A DNA stretch of 64,000 nt from Bacteroidales bacterium (GTDB lineage Bacteria; Bacteroidota; Bacteroidia; Bacteroidales; VadinHA17), in the NCBI GenBank assembly GCA_021163295.1, contig JAGGXD010000186.1:5802-69801 (forward strand), in the 5' to 3' direction. Positions 41,568 to 51,210 of this stretch are shown piece after piece. The position numbers were made by a program, and so were the translations under genes. The notes below the pieces were generated by a model. The model had not been told where the DNA came from. It made no database searches and saw only the letters and a program-made list of their open reading frames with translations. How positions within the stretch are numbered: position 1 is the stretch's first letter; each line of letters opens with the position of its first letter.

Positions 41568-42377
41568 ATGAAGAAGGTTACATTACTTCTGCTTATATTT
41601 TCCCTTTTTCCCCTGGTTGGTATCTCGCAGGGAGAATTAGATGTTCAGCAAAAAGCTTTTTACAGAAACGAGAAATCTATCGGTCTTATGCTTAATTCAA
41701 CCGGTTACGGATTAAGCTTTAGATATGGGGAAAGGATTAACTTCTTTAATAAAAGAATATATGAGGGAGATATAAATATTCTTAAACATCCTAAAGAGTA
41801 TAAAACAACTAACACCTATTTCCCTGGTAACAGACAATTTGTTTTCGGCAAGTTAAACTTCGCATTAACTCTCCATGGCGGAATCGGGTTTCAGCATATT
41901 ATCTTTAAAAAAATTGATCAGGGGGGTATTGCTATCCGTTACATTTTTTCCGGTGGACCCTCATTTAGCTTATATAAACCAATATACTACGATGTCCTCT
42001 ACCCTGTTTCGTTTTATGAAAGTGAATTGAGAAGTGAAACTTTTAATGTCTCAATCCATTCACGTGATGATATATACAAACAATCGTCATTCCTGAAAGG
42101 AATAAACGAAATAAAAATTATCCCGGGGGTTTATGGTAAGGCAGGGATTAATTTTGAATATAGTAAACAAGACAGGACAATTCATGTAATTGAAATTGGT
42201 ATTACACTTGATGCTTTTCTGAAAAAAATACCGATAATGGCCAGTGAAGATAATCTCTGGTTTTTTCCGGCACTTTTTGTAAGTTACAGGTTTGGCCGTA
42301 TTATGGATAAGAAAACACCACTTCCTGAAAATCCCGAATTTAACCCGGAACTGTCCCCTGTATCTATTGGGTATTAA
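41568..42377 (+). CDS. Hypothetical outer-membrane/secreted protein
   Basis: Start set at MKKVTLLLLIFSLFPLVGISQ (signal peptide). Beta-strand-rich with aromatic residues. No family recognised. Confidence 0.5.
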   Translation: MKKVTLLLLIFSLFPLVGISQGELDVQQKAFYRNEKSIGLMLNSTGYGLSFRYGERINFFNKRIYEGDINILKHPKEYKTTNTYFPGNRQFVFGKLNFALTLHGGIGFQHIIFKKIDQGGIAIRYIFSGGPSFSLYKPIYYDVLYPVSFYESELRSETFNVSIHSRDDIYKQSSFLKGINEIKIIPGVYGKAGINFEYSKQDRTIHVIEIGITLDAFLKKIPIMASEDNLWFFPALFVSYRFGRIMDKKTPLPENPEFNPELSPVSIGY

Positions 42378-42464
42378 TACCTGGAATTTAATAAATCATT
42401 GATGAATTGATAATTATTCCTAATTTTGTATAAAATTTTTAATAACCAAAATATAATTACTTAA

Positions 42465-43472
<1,008 letters not shown>

Positions 43473-43491
43473 TTTATTTGAATAACTATTT

Positions 43492-43530
43492 AAAAAAAAG
43501 ACCTGAAATCAATTTCAGGTCTTTTTTTTA
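43492..43530. terminator. Bidirectional Rho-independent terminator between convergent gap and DUF1987 genes
   Basis: An A8 run, then stem GACCTGAA / TTCAGGTC (43500-43521), then a T8 run. Confidence 0.75.
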
Positions 43531-43908
43531 TTCATATACTATTTTTAAGTCGAAAGGTATTTGAACAGACTCCTTGTAATGAAGCCCCAAATTATATATC
43601 GCCTCATCTTCCTCCTCATAATACCACTCTACAATACATGGGTTACCTGCATCATAATGCTTTTTAATAATACGTAGCAATTCAAGAATAAATTTTGACG
43701 ATCCGCTGTTGGCGTATTCAAGTTTCATTACCACCAAAGTTTTTTCAGCCGGGTTTTGAAAATACTTATCAACCCATTTAAAAATATTCCTGTAGAAGGC
43801 ATCCGGATTCTCGTGAATGGAACGACCCTCCAATCTAAATATCCCTGATTTATAACCAAAGTTAACATATGGTGATATTTTAGATTTTTCTATGATAAGA
43901 TCCTTCAT
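43528..43908 (-). CDS. DUF1987 (SiaC-like) domain protein
   Basis: 126 aa. SPYVNFGYKSGIFRLEGRSIHENPDAFYRNIFKWV...LEYANSGSSKFILELL is typical of DUF1987. Confidence 0.65.
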   Translation of the reverse strand: MKDLIIEKSKISPYVNFGYKSGIFRLEGRSIHENPDAFYRNIFKWVDKYFQNPAEKTLVVMKLEYANSGSSKFILELLRIIKKHYDAGNPCIVEWYYEEEDEAIYNLGLHYKESVQIPFDLKIVYE

Positions 43909-43944
43909 AACTAAAGTATATTTTATGTTATTCTAACCTGCTTT

Positions 43945-44003
43945 ATTCACTCATCTCTTCATTCGCTCATTTACGCATTTACTCATTCTATCATTTCTTC
44001 ATT
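43945..44003. repeat. Octad word array TTCACTCA TCTCTTCA TTCGCTCA TTTACGCA TTTACTCA TTCTATCA TTTCTTCA
   Basis: Exact 8-nt period. The array starts in the stop codon of the ABC permease gene (43999-44001). It shares TTACGCATTT and ATTTCTTCATTC with 63626-63688. Confidence 0.85.
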
Positions 44004-45240
44004 CATAATGCAATGCTTTTATCGGATCAAGTTTAGAAGCCTTAACTGCCGGTATATATCCACTAACTAATCCAACAATAAAACATGCCGCAACCCCGCT
44101 AAAAATCCATATCCATGGAACAACAAAAGATGATTTGAGAAGAACTGACATAAGATTACCAACAAGCAGACCCAGAATAATCCCAACAACCCCGCCCATC
44201 TGACCAATTAATATTGCTTCAAATAAGAATTGTTGCTTGATCATTTGTGCCTTTGCTCCGATAGCTTTTCTAATACCTATCTCCTTTGTTCTTTCAGTAA
44301 CAGAAACAAGCATTATATTCATCAATCCAACCGTAGCCCCAAGTAGAGTTATCAACCCAATAATAGATGCAGCTACACTTACTTTCCCCATACTTTCAAT
44401 CAGAATTTTTACCAGATTGTCACTTTGAGTAATGTTAAAATCACTCTCATCCCTGGCGGTGAGGCCCCTAACTACCCTGAAAGCCCCCTCTGCTTCACTA
44501 ACCATAACATCCAAAAGTTTTGGATCATCGGGCAGGACATTTATCTTGAATGACATCCTGGGACGCGAAAAATATTGCCGAACATTGGTTACCGGTAAAA
44601 TACACAACCTTTCATCCCCAAAAATACTTGAACCCTGGGTTTCAAGTACTCCAATTATTCTATACTTACCGTTTCCTACTGAAATAACTTTATTTAACGG
44701 ATTTTCAGAATCTTTAAAAAGATCATTAACAATTTCAGAGCCAACAATGACAAAGTTTCTATTTGTCTCAATTTCCGAAGAAGAAAAATTCCTTCCTCTT
44801 GATAATTTCTTGCCTGAAACCCTCAAATAATTCTCATCACTGCCCAGAACCTGGATATTTGGATTTGTTTTTTCAGATTTGTGTTTTACTGTAGCCATAC
44901 CTGAAGCATATATTGAAATTGAAACTGCACCGGGAAAAATAAAATCATCCTTAAACTTTTTTGCTTCCTGATACGAAATGTAAGGGTGATTCTTTTTCCT
45001 GTAACGCTTGTCACCTACCTGGATATTCATTGACCTGCTCTCAATTGTAAAGGAATTTGCACCAAGCATTGTAAATTGTTGTGTTATTGAATTCTTGATA
45101 GAATCAATAGCTGTAAGTATCCCCACCAGGGCCATTATTCCAAAGGCAATAATTAAAATAGTCAATATAGTCCGTACCTTGTTTGTCTTTACCGATTGAA
45201 TTGATACCCTGAGGTTTTCTCTGAATAAACCTATTTTCAT
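43999..45240 (-). CDS. ABC transporter permease, FtsX/MacB-like
   Basis: 413 aa. N-terminal TM helix, a large periplasmic domain, and a C-terminal FtsX-type 3-TM bundle ([14 protein letters not shown]). Confidence 0.8.
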   Translation of the reverse strand: MKIGLFRENLRVSIQSVKTNKVRTILTILIIAFGIMALVGILTAIDSIKNSITQQFTMLGANSFTIESRSMNIQVGDKRYRKKNHPYISYQEAKKFKDDFIFPGAVSISIYASGMATVKHKSEKTNPNIQVLGSDENYLRVSGKKLSRGRNFSSSEIETNRNFVIVGSEIVNDLFKDSENPLNKVISVGNGKYRIIGVLETQGSSIFGDERLCILPVTNVRQYFSRPRMSFKINVLPDDPKLLDVMVSEAEGAFRVVRGLTARDESDFNITQSDNLVKILIESMGKVSVAASIIGLITLLGATVGLMNIMLVSVTERTKEIGIRKAIGAKAQMIKQQFLFEAILIGQMGGVVGIILGLLVGNLMSVLLKSSFVVPWIWIFSGVAACFIVGLVSGYIPAVKASKLDPIKALHYE

Positions 45241-45423
45241 AGTTGTAAATTATCAAATCCTGCTAAAAGGAACTACATTAATTTTTCTTTTCAGAGAATA
45301 AAAGTAAGAAAATTAAATCAATTAATTTAATCACGTTTACAAAAAACAAAGAATATATTAGTAGATTTACTTGTTTTAAATTTTATTAAAGTATTTTATT
45401 ATAAACTTAAATACCAATACGTT

Positions 45424-47688
45424 ATGACCTTTGACATTGAGATGATTCGAACAGTATATGCTGGTTATAAGAAAAATATTGAATCTGTAAGAAAAATTAT
45501 CGGCAAACCAATGACTCTTGCTGAAAAGATTCTCTATTCCCATACAGAGAATAATTTCAAAAATAAAATATTCGACCGCGGAAATGATTATGTTGATTTT
45601 AAACCAGATAGAGTAGCAATGCAGGATGCCACTGCTCAAATGGCACTTTTGCAGTTTATGCAGGCAGGTAAAGAAAAAACTGCAGTTCCTGCTACTGTCC
45701 ATTGTGATCACCTTATCCTGGCAGAAACCGGAGCTGAAACTGATTTAAACAACGCTAATATTACTAATAAAGAAGTTTATGACTTTCTTGCATCAGTCTC
45801 CAACAAATATTCAATCGGCTTTTGGAAACCGGGTGCCGGAATTATTCACCAGGTAATTCTGGAAAATTATGCATTCCCCGGTGGAATGATGATTGGAACA
45901 GACTCCCATACTCCTAATGCCGGTGGCTTAGGAATGGTAGCTATTGGTGTTGGTGGTGCAGATGCCGTTGATGTTATGGCCGGTATGCCATGGGAATGTA
46001 AATTCCCAAGATTAATTGGGATAAAACTTACCGGGAAACTTAGTGGCTGGACATCAGCAAAAGATGTGATACTTAAAGTTGCAGGGCTGCTTACTGTTAA
46101 AGGTGGAACGGGATGTATTGTGGAATATTTTGGTGAAGGAGCAAAAAGTATTTCAGCAACAGGTAAAGGTACTATTTGTAATATGGGTGCTGAAATCGGA
46201 GCAACAACATCTTTATTCGGATACGATAGTAAAATGGAAGAATACCTGCGACAAACCGGCCGGGATGATGTTGCAGATGCTGCCAATAATTCCGCTGATC
46301 TGCTCACAGGGGATAAGGAAGTTTATGAAGATCCTGAAAAATATTTCGATCAGGTAGTTGAGATCAATCTGTCAGATCTGGAACCACATATTAACGGACC
46401 ATTTTCTCCGGATCGTGCCTGGTCCCTGTCTGAATTTGCAGATGCGGTTGATAATAACAACTTCCCTGAAAAACTGGATGTCGGGTTGATCGGGTCATGT
46501 ACTAATTCATCATATGAAGATATTACCAGGTCAGCTTCAATTGCCCAACAGGCAATTGATAAAAAATTAAACGTAAAATCGGAATTTACTGTTACCCCCG
46601 GCTCGGAAATGATACGTTTTACCATTAAACGGGATGGATTTATAGATATTTTTGAAAAAATAGGCGGTGTCGTTCTTGCAAATGCCTGCGGTCCATGTAT
46701 TGGTCAGTGGAAACGTGAAGGTGCCGAAAAAGAAGAAAAAAATTCTATTATCACATCTTTTAACCGGAACTTCGCTAAAAGGAATGATGGAAATCCCAAT
46801 ACTTATGGCTTTGTTGCATCCCCCGAAATTGTAACTGCTTTATCCATTGCCGGCAGCCTTAAATTTAATCCAATTAAAGGTACACTTATAAATAAAGATG
46901 GGAATGAAGTGAAACTCAGTGAACCTGAAGGACTGGAATTTCCGGTTGCGGGTTTTGAAGTTGAAGACAGGGGTTACCAGCACCCAGTTGAAGATGGAAG
47001 TGGAGTAGTAATTAATGTTAAATCCGACTCCAAACGACTTCAATTACTTACACCTTTCAGTGAATGGGATGGAAATGATATGAAAGACCTTAACCTGCTT
47101 ATTAAAGCAAAAGGGAAATGTACAACCGACCATATTTCAATGGCAGGACCATGGTTACGGTACCGCGGACACCTGGAAAATATCTCTATGAATCTCCTTA
47201 TCGGAGCAGTGAACTATTTTAACGATAAAACCAACTATATTAAAAACCAGCTCACTGTAGATTATGAAGAGGTACCAAAAGTTGCTAAAGCATATAAAAA
47301 AGCAGGTATAGGAACTGTTATTGTTGGTGATGAAAATTACGGCGAGGGATCATCAAGAGAACATGCAGCTATGGAACCACGGTTCCTGAATGTTAAAGTT
47401 GTCCTGGTAAGATCTTTTGCAAGGATTCATGAAACAAACCTTAAAAAGCAGGGTGTTCTCGCAATTACCTTCGATAATCCTGATGACTATGATAAAGTAC
47501 AGGAAGATGATACTTTCCAAATTACAGGTCTCACCGAATTTGCCCCCGGAAAGCCACTCTCTGTGTTTCTTAATCATATTGAGGGTACAACAGACCAAAT
47601 AAAAGTAAACCACTCGTATAATAAAAACCAGATTGAATGGTTTAAGGCAGGATCTGCACTGAACCTTATAAGGAAACTGAATGAATAA
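45424..47688 (+). CDS. acn: Aconitate hydratase
   Basis: 754 aa with [31 protein letters not shown] and [11 protein letters not shown] motifs. Confidence 0.95.
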   Translation: MTFDIEMIRTVYAGYKKNIESVRKIIGKPMTLAEKILYSHTENNFKNKIFDRGNDYVDFKPDRVAMQDATAQMALLQFMQAGKEKTAVPATVHCDHLILAETGAETDLNNANITNKEVYDFLASVSNKYSIGFWKPGAGIIHQVILENYAFPGGMMIGTDSHTPNAGGLGMVAIGVGGADAVDVMAGMPWECKFPRLIGIKLTGKLSGWTSAKDVILKVAGLLTVKGGTGCIVEYFGEGAKSISATGKGTICNMGAEIGATTSLFGYDSKMEEYLRQTGRDDVADAANNSADLLTGDKEVYEDPEKYFDQVVEINLSDLEPHINGPFSPDRAWSLSEFADAVDNNNFPEKLDVGLIGSCTNSSYEDITRSASIAQQAIDKKLNVKSEFTVTPGSEMIRFTIKRDGFIDIFEKIGGVVLANACGPCIGQWKREGAEKEEKNSIITSFNRNFAKRNDGNPNTYGFVASPEIVTALSIAGSLKFNPIKGTLINKDGNEVKLSEPEGLEFPVAGFEVEDRGYQHPVEDGSGVVINVKSDSKRLQLLTPFSEWDGNDMKDLNLLIKAKGKCTTDHISMAGPWLRYRGHLENISMNLLIGAVNYFNDKTNYIKNQLTVDYEEVPKVAKAYKKAGIGTVIVGDENYGEGSSREHAAMEPRFLNVKVVLVRSFARIHETNLKKQGVLAITFDNPDDYDKVQEDDTFQITGLTEFAPGKPLSVFLNHIEGTTDQIKVNHSYNKNQIEWFKAGSALNLIRKLNE

Positions 47689-47694
47689 TTATTT

Positions 47695-47804
47695 AAGTGA
47701 AGAAGAGAATAACGAATAGCGATTAACGAATATCGAATAATGAAGTAATGAAGTGTTGCGGGTTACGGGTTACGTGTTACGAGTTAGTGTGTGAGTGGTT
47801 GAAT
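47695..47804. repeat. Composite word array: AACGAAT AGCGATT AACGAAT ATCGAAT AATGAAGT AATGAAGT, then GTTGCGG GTTACGG GTTACGT GTTACGA GTTAGTG
   Basis: Read directly. It starts 7 nt after the acn stop. The second half belongs to the GTTACGR family seen at 30788 and 63691. Confidence 0.85.
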
Positions 47805-47871
47805 TTTGCAGCATATCTTCCTATTAACCAAACCAATAACAAATTAATTTAAAAATAACTAAGCTTTTAGT

Positions 47872-47897
47872 TGTATAACTAAATATTTAGTTATACA
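47872..47897. promoter_or_regulatory. Perfect 26-bp palindrome, putative BlaI-family operator
   Basis: TGTATAACTAAAT|ATTTAGTTATACA was verified base by base. A second dyad AACTAA-GCTT-TTAGTT lies at 47857-47872. The palindrome overlaps a TAnnTTTG-like TACATTTG (47894-47901), 5 nt before the blaI ATG. Confidence 0.55.
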
Positions 47898-47905
47898 TTT
47901 GAAGT

Positions 47906-48283
47906 ATGAAAGAACTTACAAAAGCCGAAGAACAAATTATGCAGATATTATGGGAGCTTGACGAAGCTTTCGTAAAAGAGATTATCGATAAACTTCCTAA
48001 CCCCAAACCGGCGTACAATACAGTTTCAACCATTGTACGAATTCTTGAGAAAAAGGGGTTCGTTGCTCATACCGCATTCGGTAAATCACACAGGTATCAT
48101 CCTCTTGTAAAAAAAGAGGACTATACCAAAGTGCATATGAAAAGTTTTGTGAATAACTATTTCAGTAATTCTTTTGAGAATATGGTCTCTTTCTTCGCTA
48201 AAGAACAAAGTATTAGTGTAAATGAAATGGAAGAGATCATGAAGATCATGGAAAAAGAGATCCAAAAGCAGAAAGGAGATTGA
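47906..48283 (+). CDS. BlaI/MecI/CopY-family transcriptional repressor
   Basis: 125 aa. The winged-helix N-terminus LTKAEEQIMQILWELDEAFVKEIIDKL...YNTVSTIVRILEKKGFV is typical of the family. Confidence 0.85.
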   Translation: MKELTKAEEQIMQILWELDEAFVKEIIDKLPNPKPAYNTVSTIVRILEKKGFVAHTAFGKSHRYHPLVKKEDYTKVHMKSFVNNYFSNSFENMVSFFAKEQSISVNEMEEIMKIMEKEIQKQKGD

Positions 48284-48286
48284 AAT

Positions 48287-49999
48287 ATGAATGAATTTGG
48301 TATTTTTCTATATGAATCAGGCATAAGCCTGTCGGTATTATATATCTTTTACTGGTTCCTGTTAAGAAAAGAGACCTATTTCTCCCTGAACCGGATCATT
48401 CTGGTTTCCACGCTGTTACTTGCCCTGATAATACCGTTTATCCGGATCACTATTACAGGTCATGCTGAAAAGGGTTCAATAGTATATGTTTTTAACCGCT
48501 TTATTATGGATCCGTTGGTGGTTAGCCCGGAAACGGTACATGCTGAAAAAATTCAAAGCATTAGCCTGATCCAGATCATCTATTTCATATATTTTTCAGG
48601 AGTGATCTTTTTTTCCCTGAAGTTTTTTGTGCAGTTCTTCCAGATATTCAAATTGTTGAAGAAGTACGGCACCAGGAAATTACACGGTTACAAAATTGTA
48701 CCGATTGATAATAATCTCTCCCCTTTCTCATTTTTCAACTTTATTTTCATTAATCCCGAAAAGATACAGGAAAATGAACTGAAGAATGTACTGTATCATG
48801 AAGGAGAACATGCCAGGAGACTTCACACCCTGGATATAATTCTGCTTGAGACAATTTGTATTATCCAGTGGTTTAACCCATTTATCTGGTTTTACAAACT
48901 GGCACTCCGTGAAATACATGAATACGAAGCTGATTTAAGAGTTATAAAGAACGGGGAAAACAAACTGAACTACCAACAACTAATTTTACAACAGGTTTTT
49001 GGCAACCAGTTCTTTCAGGTAGTTCATCATCTGTTAACCAATTCATTAACTAAAAAACGAATAACCATGATGACAAAAATTGAATCAAAAAAAAGAACGA
49101 TAATCAAATCATTATTCGTTCTGCCAATAGCAGCTATACTGGTAATGACATTCTCCTTTACACGAGGGACGGAACCCAATGATTTATTAGATAATTCCGT
49201 TGATAAAGAGATGAATAATACGCAACCAATTACCACACAAGATCAGGATACAACTATACCTGAACAAATTTTCTTTATAGTTGAAGAGATGCCAAGTTTT
49301 CAGGAAAAAGGACTTAACGGTTTTAGAGATTGGGTTATGAAGCAGTTGAAATATCCTGAAATTGCTGCAAAAAAAGGTATTGAAGGTGTTGTTTATATCC
49401 AATTCGTAGTGAATAAACAGGGTAATGTAACAACTACAACAATTCTGAGAGGAGCAGATACGCTTCTCGATGCAGAAGCTCTCCGGGTTGTTAAATCCAG
49501 TCCGCAATGGATGCCCGGAAAACAAAGGGGACAGGAGGTAAATGTTGCCTTCACTTTCCCGGTTAAGTTTGCTCTTCAGGAACCGGAAAAAACCGAACCG
49601 GAGAAAAAAGTTATCCCTGTGGAGAAAATAAAACAGGAAAAACCTGTTGTGAAGGAAGAAATACCTGAAGGAGAAATTTTTTTTATTGTCGAAGATATGC
49701 CCATATTCCCTCACGATTCACTTGAGAGCATGGATGCATTTCGGAATTATGTTATGTATAATTTAAGCTACCCGGAGGAAGCTGCAAAAAAAGGTATTAA
49801 TGGCAAAGTGTTTGTTCAGTTTGTTGTAGACAAGAATGGAGATGTAAAAAATGTTGAAATAGAGAAAGGAGCAGACCCCCTGCTAAATGCAGAAGCCATC
49901 AGGGTTGTTAAATCCAGTCCGCGATGGATACCCGGGAAACAAAGGGGACAAGTGGTGAATGTTGCTTTCACTTTCCCAATAATGTTTGTACTGCAATAG
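48287..49999 (+). CDS. BlaR1-like M56 peptidase fused to two tandem TonB C-terminal domains
   Basis: 570 aa. The N-terminal TM domain carries an HEXXH motif (YHEGEHARRLH). Two TonB_C units end ...LRVVKSSPQWMPGKQRGQEVNVAFTFPVKFALQ and ...IRVVKSSPRWIPGKQRGQVVNVAFTFPIMFVLQ. The gene starts 4 nt after blaI. Confidence 0.8.
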   Translation: MNEFGIFLYESGISLSVLYIFYWFLLRKETYFSLNRIILVSTLLLALIIPFIRITITGHAEKGSIVYVFNRFIMDPLVVSPETVHAEKIQSISLIQIIYFIYFSGVIFFSLKFFVQFFQIFKLLKKYGTRKLHGYKIVPIDNNLSPFSFFNFIFINPEKIQENELKNVLYHEGEHARRLHTLDIILLETICIIQWFNPFIWFYKLALREIHEYEADLRVIKNGENKLNYQQLILQQVFGNQFFQVVHHLLTNSLTKKRITMMTKIESKKRTIIKSLFVLPIAAILVMTFSFTRGTEPNDLLDNSVDKEMNNTQPITTQDQDTTIPEQIFFIVEEMPSFQEKGLNGFRDWVMKQLKYPEIAAKKGIEGVVYIQFVVNKQGNVTTTTILRGADTLLDAEALRVVKSSPQWMPGKQRGQEVNVAFTFPVKFALQEPEKTEPEKKVIPVEKIKQEKPVVKEEIPEGEIFFIVEDMPIFPHDSLESMDAFRNYVMYNLSYPEEAAKKGINGKVFVQFVVDKNGDVKNVEIEKGADPLLNAEAIRVVKSSPRWIPGKQRGQVVNVAFTFPIMFVLQ

Positions 50000-50078
50000 T
50001 ATTTTTATTGTCTGAAATAAAAAAAAACGAATCGGCGGAAAAAGTTATTCCGGTAAAAAACCGGCTAAAGAAAAACCT
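49250..50078 (+). repeat. ~410-bp tandem duplication (TonB_C domain + linker), with a decayed third-linker relic after the stop
   Basis: TTTATAGTTGAAGAGATGCC (49274) matches TTTATTGTCGAAGATATGCC (49682). Domain ends at 49480-49579 and 49895-49996 are highly similar at the nt level. The non-coding stretch 50021-50078 resembles the coding linker at 49585-49646. Confidence 0.7.
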
Positions 50079-50133
50079 TATATCTTTCTAATCAAACTAA
50101 TAATTCATACCTTTATTCAGATATATAACAGGT

Positions 50134-51210
50134 ATGGAACTGGAAAACCGGATAGAGGCATTTGCCAGACTTGGGGAATTTTTAAAACAATTTGAAATAT
50201 CAGGCTCAAATGTTCAGGACACAAACAGGTTAAACACAAAATACTTCAACCGGTTTGAATCAGCCATCAGGGAGGCCAATCATAACAACCCCTGGTTTAT
50301 AGAAAAATTTGTGCGACAGGCAGTAAACTGTATAGGCAGGTCGCTTGAAAAATTCAAGCTTCAAAAATGGATAGAACAATACCCTGAACTAAAAAACACC
50401 AGGAAAAATATCTCTGCCGGTGTAGTAATGGCTGGGAATATTCCTTTAGTAGGTTTTCATGATTTTCTGTCAGTTCTTATTTCAGGAAACAAATTCACCG
50501 GAAAACTTTCATCAAAAGATAATATTTTACTTCCTCTTATTGCAGATGTCCTTATGGAAATATATCCCGCCTTCCGGGATTCAATTCAATTTGTCGATAA
50601 ACTTAATTCAGATTATGACGTGATTATTGCAACCGGAAGCGGCAATACGGCAAGGTATTTCGATTATTATTTTGGCAATTCTCCAAATATCATCAGGAAA
50701 AACAGGAATTCAGTTGCCATTCTGGATGGGTCAGAAACAAAGCAGGAATTACAGTTACTGGGCGATGATATTTTCCGTTATTTTGGATTAGGGTGCAGGA
50801 GTGTATCCAAATTATATATCCCTGACGGATATGATTTCAATCTGTTTTTCAATGCAATAGAACCTTTTGTATTTATTATTGACCACCCTAAATACGCTAA
50901 TAATTACAAATACAATCGTTCAATATTACTAATGAATCAAATTATACATGAAGATAATGGCTTTGTATTATTAAAGGAGGATGAGTCTATACCTTCTCCC
51001 ATAAGTGTATTACATTACCAGTACTATAACAGTAATGAATTATTAAAATCACATTTCAAAGATAACCGGGATATTATCCAGTGTATTGTATCAGGCAACC
51101 CTGACTTCAACGCAATACCTTCCGGAAAGGCACAAAATCCCGAGGTCTGGGAATACGCGGATAACATAGATACAATTGCATTTTTACTTCCAGTTATGAG
51201 AAAACAATAA
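50134..51210 (+). CDS. Acyl-CoA reductase (LuxC-like) family protein
   Basis: 358 aa. The N-terminal RIEAFARLGEFLKQF...NPWFIEKFVRQA pattern matches my memory of the Bacteroidota acyl-CoA reductase family. Not verified by search. Confidence 0.55.
   Translation: MELENRIEAFARLGEFLKQFEISGSNVQDTNRLNTKYFNRFESAIREANHNNPWFIEKFVRQAVNCIGRSLEKFKLQKWIEQYPELKNTRKNISAGVVMAGNIPLVGFHDFLSVLISGNKFTGKLSSKDNILLPLIADVLMEIYPAFRDSIQFVDKLNSDYDVIIATGSGNTARYFDYYFGNSPNIIRKNRNSVAILDGSETKQELQLLGDDIFRYFGLGCRSVSKLYIPDGYDFNLFFNAIEPFVFIIDHPKYANNYKYNRSILLMNQIIHEDNGFVLLKEDESIPSPISVLHYQYYNSNELLKSHFKDNRDIIQCIVSGNPDFNAIPSGKAQNPEVWEYADNIDTIAFLLPVMRKQ

Noticed and set aside
45376-45711. 111-aa minus-strand ORF overlapping the aconitase start
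   Set aside because: It overlaps a high-confidence gene in antisense, the peptide is hydrophobic low-complexity, and it has no plausible promoter context.
49187-49714. 175-aa minus-strand ORF inside the BlaR1-TonB gene
   Set aside because: It is antisense to a gene with clear domain signatures, and its translation is Phe/Arg/Asn-rich low complexity.
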